From positions 1,536,001 to 1,600,000 of the forward strand of contig CAWJDT010000001.1 of NCBI GenBank assembly GCA_963841735.1: DNA of 64,000 bases, in the 5' to 3' direction. Shown in pieces: positions 58,284 through 64,000 of the stretch. The position numbers and the translations under genes were made by a program. The notes beneath the pieces are model-generated. The model saw only the letters and a program-made list of their open reading frames with translations, made no database searches and was not told the origin of the DNA. This stretch comes from an uncultured Actinomycetes bacterium. Lineage in GTDB: Bacteria > Actinomycetota > Thermoleophilia > RBG-16-64-13. Position 1 is the stretch's first letter. Every line of letters starts with the position of its first letter.

Positions 58284-59228
58284 CTACTGCGCGCCCCAGA
58301 AATGCAGCTCCGATACAGAGGTGTCTTCGGCCTTATTGGGCCCTTCCGCCGCTTCGTACACGGCTGTGATGGTGACGCGCACGGAGGTGACCGTGTGCGA
58401 GATGCTTAGAGCGATGACCTGCGGTTCGCGAGAATCCGCTACCGAATATGACTCCACGGTGCCGTCGGAGAAACTAAGGTCGAAGCTGCGCACCCTGCCG
58501 TTAGAAATCCACCTGTCCCAGCCGTCCGTGGTCTTGTCGTAACCGGGCACGATGCGGAGCTGTTGTATGGTCACCGGGTCGGCGAAAGTGAACTCGATGA
58601 ACTCGCCGATGCCGTACCCGGCTACTCCTTCGGCCCAACAGGTGGTGGGGTCGGTGTCGATGAGATTCGCCTTGCTGTAGCTGGTCGAGCCCTGCGCGGC
58701 CAGCGTGGAAGACACGTTGATGTCGGCTTGGGCCGAGAGGTCGACTGGCGCGGTTTCTACGGCGGAGGTCGTAGTGGTCTGGCCGGCCGTGCTCCCGGTT
58801 GTCTGGTCATTGGGGACCGTGGTGCCCGGGCCGGCGGTGGTGCCCGCGGCTGTGTCGGTCGAGACGGTGCTCGCGCTCCCGGAGTCGTCGCGGAGGAGGA
58901 AGTACGCGGCGATGGCGGCGCCGGCGCAGAGCACGAAGACCAGCCCTGCGACGAAGACCCACATACCGGCACGCCCACGCGGCGGATCAGATCGCTCCCA
59001 TGATTGGGAGGGGTCCCAAGACTCCAGGGGAGGGGACGGCTCCCAGGGGTTCGGGGTGGCCTGCGGGGCCGGAGGGCTCGGCGGGGCGATCGCGGCCAAC
59101 ACCGGGGCGACCGGCGGGACTACCTCCGTGATTGCGTCCGGGTCGATTGCCGCGGTCGCCGGAGCGCCGCAGAAACGACAGAATCTTGTGCCACCTTCGA
59201 TCTCTTCACCGCACTTGGCGCAGAGCAT
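58284..59228 (-). CDS. Zinc-ribbon membrane protein with a discoidin-like extracellular domain
   Basis: MLCAKCG..FCRFCG, TM, NLID.DP.T.WAEG..G.GE, GY.K, SEL.F. Confidence 0.85.
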   Translation of the reverse strand: MLCAKCGEEIEGGTRFCRFCGAPATAAIDPDAITEVVPPVAPVLAAIAPPSPPAPQATPNPWEPSPPLESWDPSQSWERSDPPRGRAGMWVFVAGLVFVLCAGAAIAAYFLLRDDSGSASTVSTDTAAGTTAGPGTTVPNDQTTGSTAGQTTTTSAVETAPVDLSAQADINVSSTLAAQGSTSYSKANLIDTDPTTCWAEGVAGYGIGEFIEFTFADPVTIQQLRIVPGYDKTTDGWDRWISNGRVRSFDLSFSDGTVESYSVADSREPQVIALSISHTVTSVRVTITAVYEAAEGPNKAEDTSVSELHFWGAQ

Positions 59229-59261
59229 CGCTCACCTCCTCGGCTGCCGACAGGGATCACG

Positions 59262-60206
59262 CTAGAGGGCGATCACCCGGAAGGCTCGTACGTTGATCTG
59301 ACCTTTGCCGCAGTAGATGCCAACGGTGCCGGCTTCGAGTGCCCGGTTGTCGGTGGCTCGAGCCAACTCGGCGTCTTCGAAGCGCAGCTTGAGGGTGTTG
59401 TCGTAGACTTCAATCCGGTACTTGTGCCACTGGCCATCGAGAGCGAAGTGGGCGTCGGCGATGTCACTCTCACCGAATCCTATGACCAGGCGCTCGTTAT
59501 CTCCGTTGAATCCCGCCCAGTAGCCGAGGCCGTTGGTCATGCGGGCCATGAGGTACACGTCGGTGCCGGCGTCGGGAGCCAGTATCTGGACCTCGCACTC
59601 CACCGCGTAGTTGCGCTGCTCGCCCAGGTCGACCGGGGCCACCGCGAAGGAATCGCTGCTGCCGTCGGTGACAAGCATGCCGGCGATCGTCTTCCACTGA
59701 CCGGCGGCCGCCCACCCGTTGAGGCCTGTCGACCAGTCGGTGATCTCATAGAGCACGGTGTCCGCGGGCGGCGGCGGGATGGTGGTGGGCAGGGGTTGGG
59801 TCGTGGCGGCACCGTTCTGCGTGGTGGTCGGGCCGTCAAACAGCGTGGTGGTCGGGGCGCTGCTCGGGGTAGTCGTGGTCACCGGCAGCGTGGTGGTGGT
59901 CACGGGGGCGATGGTGGCTGTAACTACCGAGTCGGCGATGGTGGTGGTCACGGGGGCGATGGTGGTTGTAACTACCGAGTCGGCGATGGTGGTGCTGGGG
60001 ATGCTGGAGGTGGTTGCCGCAAGAGTGGCGAGCGTAGAAGTCTCGGCCGCGGACGTCCCAGAGGCCCGGCCGCTGTCCAGGCTGCAGCCCGTTGCCAGCG
60101 GGAGCAGCAACATCGCCAGTGCAAGAATGTACATCGACCGGGCGGATCGTGCCCGCCTGCACCGATCGAGACGCGCCCTCTCGCGGAAGCTCTGTAGCCT
60201 ATTCAT
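59262..60206 (-). CDS. Lipoprotein with Thr-rich repeats and a ConA/DUF1080-like domain
   Basis: Lipobox ATGC; 48-bp tandem duplication (~59893-59990); GQWHKYRIEV..G.VGI. Confidence 0.75.
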   Translation of the reverse strand: MNRLQSFRERARLDRCRRARSARSMYILALAMLLLPLATGCSLDSGRASGTSAAETSTLATLAATTSSIPSTTIADSVVTTTIAPVTTTIADSVVTATIAPVTTTTLPVTTTTPSSAPTTTLFDGPTTTQNGAATTQPLPTTIPPPPADTVLYEITDWSTGLNGWAAAGQWKTIAGMLVTDGSSDSFAVAPVDLGEQRNYAVECEVQILAPDAGTDVYLMARMTNGLGYWAGFNGDNERLVIGFGESDIADAHFALDGQWHKYRIEVYDNTLKLRFEDAELARATDNRALEAGTVGIYCGKGQINVRAFRVIAL

Positions 60207-60399
60207 CGCCGCCCTCCTTAGGAATGCATGCTGGTTGTTGCACCGCGCGTCGTCAGAGCGACCGGGCGCCACATGTAGCAAAGTACCATCCCGAGGCCGA
60301 AATACCAGCTTCTGGACAAGACCGGCGTTGCCAGAGGGTGGGCGGTGAAGCGTCGTGACACGTACTTGTGAAGAGAACGTTTGCTCCGCAGCCCATTTC

Positions 60400-62823
60400 C
60401 TAGCGGTGCCGACCCAGCCGGAGTGAGTTGCCCACCACCAGCAGACTACTCGCGGCCATCGCACCGGAGGCGATGATGGGACTGATCAGACCCGTGACTG
60501 CGAGGGGGATCGCCACCGCGTTGTAGGCGAAAGCCCATGCCAGGTTCTGGCGGATATCCCCCCGAGTGCGGGCGGAGAGCTTGACGAACCAGGGCACAAG
60601 CGTGAGATCGCCGCGGGTGACGATGACGTCGGCCGCGTCGGCGGTCAGATCGGCACCCTCTGCCATGGCCACGGCCAGGTCGGCCTGGGCAAGGGCGGGA
60701 GCGTCGTTAACCCCATCGCCCACCACAGCAACCACCTCGCCTTCGCCTTGCCAGAGGCGGATCCGACCCACCTTGGCCTCGGGGCCGAGGCCTCCTGAGT
60801 AATCACCCGCGCCGACTTCGAGCGCCACCGATGCAACCGGCTCGGCGGCGTCGCCGGAAAGGATGCTGGTCTTGATGTTCTGCCTCGCCAGAGCGGCAAA
60901 CGCCTCCCGGGCCGTGGGGTTGAGTTCGTCGCGCAGCGTGATGGAGCCGAGGGGTCGGTCGTCCCGGGCGACCCACACCGTGGTGCCCCAGGCCGCCGCC
61001 GGACCTTCGACGGCAGAGGGGGCCGTCTCGGCGCGGAGCGTGGTTGGGTCGAGGCCAAGGTAGGCGGGAGATCCTACCCTCACTCGGGCTCCGCCCAGAG
61101 AGGGCACGACTGCACCGCAGCCCCGTCCGCGTATGGCCTCGAAATCGGTAGCCGTGGGAAGCGGCCCTTCGCAGGCGGCCACGATCGCCTGGGCTAGGGG
61201 GTGTCCGGAATACTGTTCCACGGCCGCGGCCAGGCAAAGCAGGTGCTGTCCCGCGTCGCCGGTCGGTGATGTCGGCGGATCAGGCCCCAGCAGGTCGGGA
61301 GTGAGGACCATGACTCGGTCGACTGTCAGGCGTCCGCGCGTGACGGTGCCGGTCTTGTCGAAGACCACGCGCTTCACCGTTGCGGCCAGCTCCAGCGCCG
61401 CCGGGTTTCGTACCAGCACCCCCGCGCGGGCCGCCGCGCTCAGAGAAATGGTGAGGGCGAGCGGAGTGGCCAGACCCAAGGCGCACGGGCAGGCGACTAC
61501 CAGGACGGTGATCGCCGCGATGAAGGAACCAGGCGCGGGCCGTCCCAGCGCAAGCCTGACGGCGAACGAGACGACTGCCACCAAGATGATGCCCACAGCG
61601 AAATACGCGGAAGCCCTGTCGGCGAGCCTCTGGCTGCGCGGCTTTGTCGCCAAGGTCTCCTCGATGAGCTGGGATATCTTGGCCAGCCTGCTGCCGGTCA
61701 CCGGGCCGGTCGTCCGGGCCACCAGCGAGCCGTCTAGCAATAGGGTGCCGGCCATGATGTGGTGTCCGGTCTCCTTGTCCACCGGGAACGACTCTCCGGT
61801 GAGCAGGGATTCGTCCACCGCTCCCGCGCCCTCGGTGACCGTGCCGTCGGCTGGAATGCGTTCACCGGCTTTGATGAGGATCTCGGCTTCAGCAGGCAGA
61901 TCCGCGGCGTCCACCCTTACCCAGGCGTCCTCGACGCGGGTCCAGGCGCAGTCGGGCTGGAGGTCGAGCAAGGCGTTGAGGTCGCGACGTGCCCTGGTGC
62001 CGCCCAGGGATTCCAGGTAGCGCCCGATCATCACGAAGGTGGTGATCATCGCGGCTGAGTCGAAGTACGTGGCTCCCGAGGCACTGACTGTGACATATGC
62101 GCTGTAGACGAAGGCCGAGAGCGTTCCCAGAGCCACAAGGGTGTCCATGGTCGCGGTGCGGGCCAGCAGAGCGCGCCAGGCCCCTCGCAAGAAGGAGAGG
62201 CCGCCGACAAACAGCACGGGCAGGGTCAGTCCCATGGCCAGATACTGGAGAGTGCGCACCTCCGAACCCGCGTAGTCTCCCTGGCCGTAACGGGGATAGA
62301 GTAGAGCGAGATAGATGATCATCACCTGCATCCCGAAAGAGACCGCCACGATCAGCTGAAGGAGGATGCCCTCGAGCCGTCTCTCGACACCGGCGTGCGC
62401 GCGGTCGGAAAGCACCCGGGCCTGATATCCGAGGGACTCCAGCCTCGCGAGCAGGGCGTTTGCCGAAGCCTTGTCGGGGTCGTAGCTGACGCGTCCGCGC
62501 TCGGAGGCGAAGCTGACGTCGACGTTGCGCACCCCGGGCTGATGACGCAACAGCGCCTCGGCGGCCGTCGCGCATCCTGTGCACCACATGCCTTTCAGGG
62601 AGAAATAGGCGGTCTCGCTGGGGCCGACCAGGGAGGCGACCGGCCGGCTTTTGGCCACCGGCTTGGTGAGTATCTGTTGGAGAAGGCCGCTCTCGTCCGC
62701 CAGTTCGTAGACTCGAGCGCAGCCCTCACAGCAGAAGCGTTTCTCCTCGGCTTTGATCGTCCGCGAGACTGGGAGAGGCGCCTGCAGACCACACAGGTCG
62801 CAACTGGAGTGTCGGTCTACCAC
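60400..62823 (-). CDS. Heavy-metal (Cu) P1B-type ATPase, CcoI/FixI-like
   Basis: CDLCG..FCCEGC, GMWCTGC, LTGES, ACPCALGLATP, DKTGT, GDGVNDAP, YN; GTG start overlapping the upstream stop. Confidence 0.93.
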   Translation of the reverse strand: MVDRHSSCDLCGLQAPLPVSRTIKAEEKRFCCEGCARVYELADESGLLQQILTKPVAKSRPVASLVGPSETAYFSLKGMWCTGCATAAEALLRHQPGVRNVDVSFASERGRVSYDPDKASANALLARLESLGYQARVLSDRAHAGVERRLEGILLQLIVAVSFGMQVMIIYLALLYPRYGQGDYAGSEVRTLQYLAMGLTLPVLFVGGLSFLRGAWRALLARTATMDTLVALGTLSAFVYSAYVTVSASGATYFDSAAMITTFVMIGRYLESLGGTRARRDLNALLDLQPDCAWTRVEDAWVRVDAADLPAEAEILIKAGERIPADGTVTEGAGAVDESLLTGESFPVDKETGHHIMAGTLLLDGSLVARTTGPVTGSRLAKISQLIEETLATKPRSQRLADRASAYFAVGIILVAVVSFAVRLALGRPAPGSFIAAITVLVVACPCALGLATPLALTISLSAAARAGVLVRNPAALELAATVKRVVFDKTGTVTRGRLTVDRVMVLTPDLLGPDPPTSPTGDAGQHLLCLAAAVEQYSGHPLAQAIVAACEGPLPTATDFEAIRGRGCGAVVPSLGGARVRVGSPAYLGLDPTTLRAETAPSAVEGPAAAWGTTVWVARDDRPLGSITLRDELNPTAREAFAALARQNIKTSILSGDAAEPVASVALEVGAGDYSGGLGPEAKVGRIRLWQGEGEVVAVVGDGVNDAPALAQADLAVAMAEGADLTADAADVIVTRGDLTLVPWFVKLSARTRGDIRQNLAWAFAYNAVAIPLAVTGLISPIIASGAMAASSLLVVGNSLRLGRHR

Positions 62824-63608
62824 AGCATGAACCGGCCGATGTTCACGGAGTGCACGACGCCAAGGGCTGCCAGACCGCGCAGACAGAGCTGCAGCCCGAC
62901 CAGGAACACGATGACCCCTGCGGCCCGCATCAGCCACCGGCGGCGGGGCGAGCCGAGAAAACCGATTCCCGACTGGACTATAGCCAGCGCCGGGAAGGTG
63001 GCGAGGCCGAAGACCAACATGGCGAGGGAGCCGCCCCAGGGGCTGCCGGTCCCGGCTCCCACGAGGAGGGCTCCGTAGACGAGGCCACAGGGCAAGATGC
63101 CGTTGATGGCGCCGAGTAGCGCTGGTCCCCAGTGTCCCGGGAGCCGCAAGGCCCGCAGGGTGGCTCTGTTCCACCAACGGGCTCCGCCCGCTCGGGCCAA
63201 GGCGGGGAGCAGGCCGGCGTACCCGAGGCCCAGTACCAGCACCGCCAGGCCGATCGCGATGCCGACGACTGCGCCGAACGTGGTCATATCTCCGGCGAGA
63301 CCGAAGAGGGAAGCGGTGGCGCCTACGATGGCGCCCATGACCACGTAGACCGCGATGCGGCAGGCGTGATAGACGAAGGTGGCGGCGACCGGCATGCGGC
63401 GCATGGAGGGAGCGGCAACTTGCCTGGTGGTCTCGGCGGCGGCTTCGCAGGCGGTCGCGGCGCCGGCGGCTTCGGCGCCAGCTCTCCGCTCGGCGAAGCG
63501 AATACCCGTCATGGCCACCAGGGGCCCGCACATACCCAGACAGTGGCCCACGCTCCCAAGCAGACCCGCGACGAAGAGGGCCGCCAGAGTACTGCCGGCT
63601 ACCGGCAA
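62817..63608 (-). CDS. DsbD_2 / TauE-like membrane protein (cytochrome/copper biogenesis)
   Basis: GLLGS.GHC.GMCGP, NG.LPCGLVY, FGL.T.P. Confidence 0.88.
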   Translation of the reverse strand: MPVAGSTLAALFVAGLLGSVGHCLGMCGPLVAMTGIRFAERRAGAEAAGAATACEAAAETTRQVAAPSMRRMPVAATFVYHACRIAVYVVMGAIVGATASLFGLAGDMTTFGAVVGIAIGLAVLVLGLGYAGLLPALARAGGARWWNRATLRALRLPGHWGPALLGAINGILPCGLVYGALLVGAGTGSPWGGSLAMLVFGLATFPALAIVQSGIGFLGSPRRRWLMRAAGVIVFLVGLQLCLRGLAALGVVHSVNIGRFMLW

Positions 63609-63618
63609 GTCGCGCCTC

Positions 63619-64000
63619 TCACTTTGTCGCCATAGCGAAGGAGACCGAGACTTCCTCGCCCTGCGCAGTAGTAACTGCGACGAGGGCCTCCCACTCACCG
63701 GCCATGGTGAAAACCACCTGCGTGGCGTATTGCCCCGGCGCCTGCTCGACTGCCTTCGGCTGGTTGCGGGGCATGGGCATCGCGGGCATGGTCATGTCCA
63801 GCTGGACCTGTGCCGCGGTGACCGGCTCGCCATCCTCGTCGGTGACTGTGATTAGAAACTGGGCCTGGCTACGCGGCCCGGGAGGGTACGGAGTGACCAG
63901 AGCTGTGACGGTGAGGCCGCTTTTCGTCTCGGGGCCGAACATCCGGGAAGCGCCCGTGGGGTCGTCTTGGGCGCCGCATCCCAGGGCTCCGCCGAGGGCG
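63619..64000 (-). CDS. FixH/YtkA-family lipoprotein (start beyond the window)
   Basis: G.PV..A.V..TMPAMPM..PG.Y..FTMAGEW; lipobox ALGC near the edge. Confidence 0.85.
   Translation of the reverse strand, partial: ALGGALGCGAQDDPTGASRMFGPETKSGLTVTALVTPYPPGPRSQAQFLITVTDEDGEPVTAAQVQLDMTMPAMPMPRNQPKAVEQAPGQYATQVVFTMAGEWEALVAVTTAQGEEVSVSFAMATK

Noticed and set aside
60400-63531. 1043-aa ATPase with a long N-terminal extension
   Set aside because: The extension overlaps the DsbD_2 gene in another frame; the real start is ~62823.

Overview
High-GC bacterial DNA, probably Actinomycetota (inferred from the Gram-positive-type LexA boxes and many lipoproteins with Thr-rich linkers). No rRNA, tRNA or CRISPR array was recognised. 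The right ~17 kb is ordinary backbone: a TRAP transporter, GyrI-like protein, WecA/TagO, M28 peptidase, zinc-ribbon membrane proteins and a FixH/DsbD_2/P1B-ATPase copper cluster. The left ~47 kb is a mosaic. Resident genes (aldo/keto reductase, Bcr/CflA MFS, PadR-ABC-FtsX, MalY/PatB, RpoD-like sigma, RRM protein, a DUF4352-like lipoprotein, an SOS-regulated DnaE2-like polymerase) are interleaved with at least 6 toxin-antitoxin modules, defence-gene remnants, an IS21 element and three 'secreted protein + lipoprotein/ABC partner' cassettes. The main observation is that most cargo blocks are bordered by a direct-orientation, diverged, partial copy of a neighbouring resident sequence: five extra 3' pieces of dnaE2 between 27.1 and 39.1 kb, plus pieces of malY, the reductase gene, the DUF4352 gene and its promoter. 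This looks like an integrase-free cassette-accretion array built on host-gene homology arms. A ~160-bp palindromic element family also sits in frame inside malY and at one fixed site in three dnaE2 pieces. Several frameshifts (dnaE2, istA, a DUF4160 gene) may be sequencing errors. All family assignments come from motif recognition by eye, not database searches.
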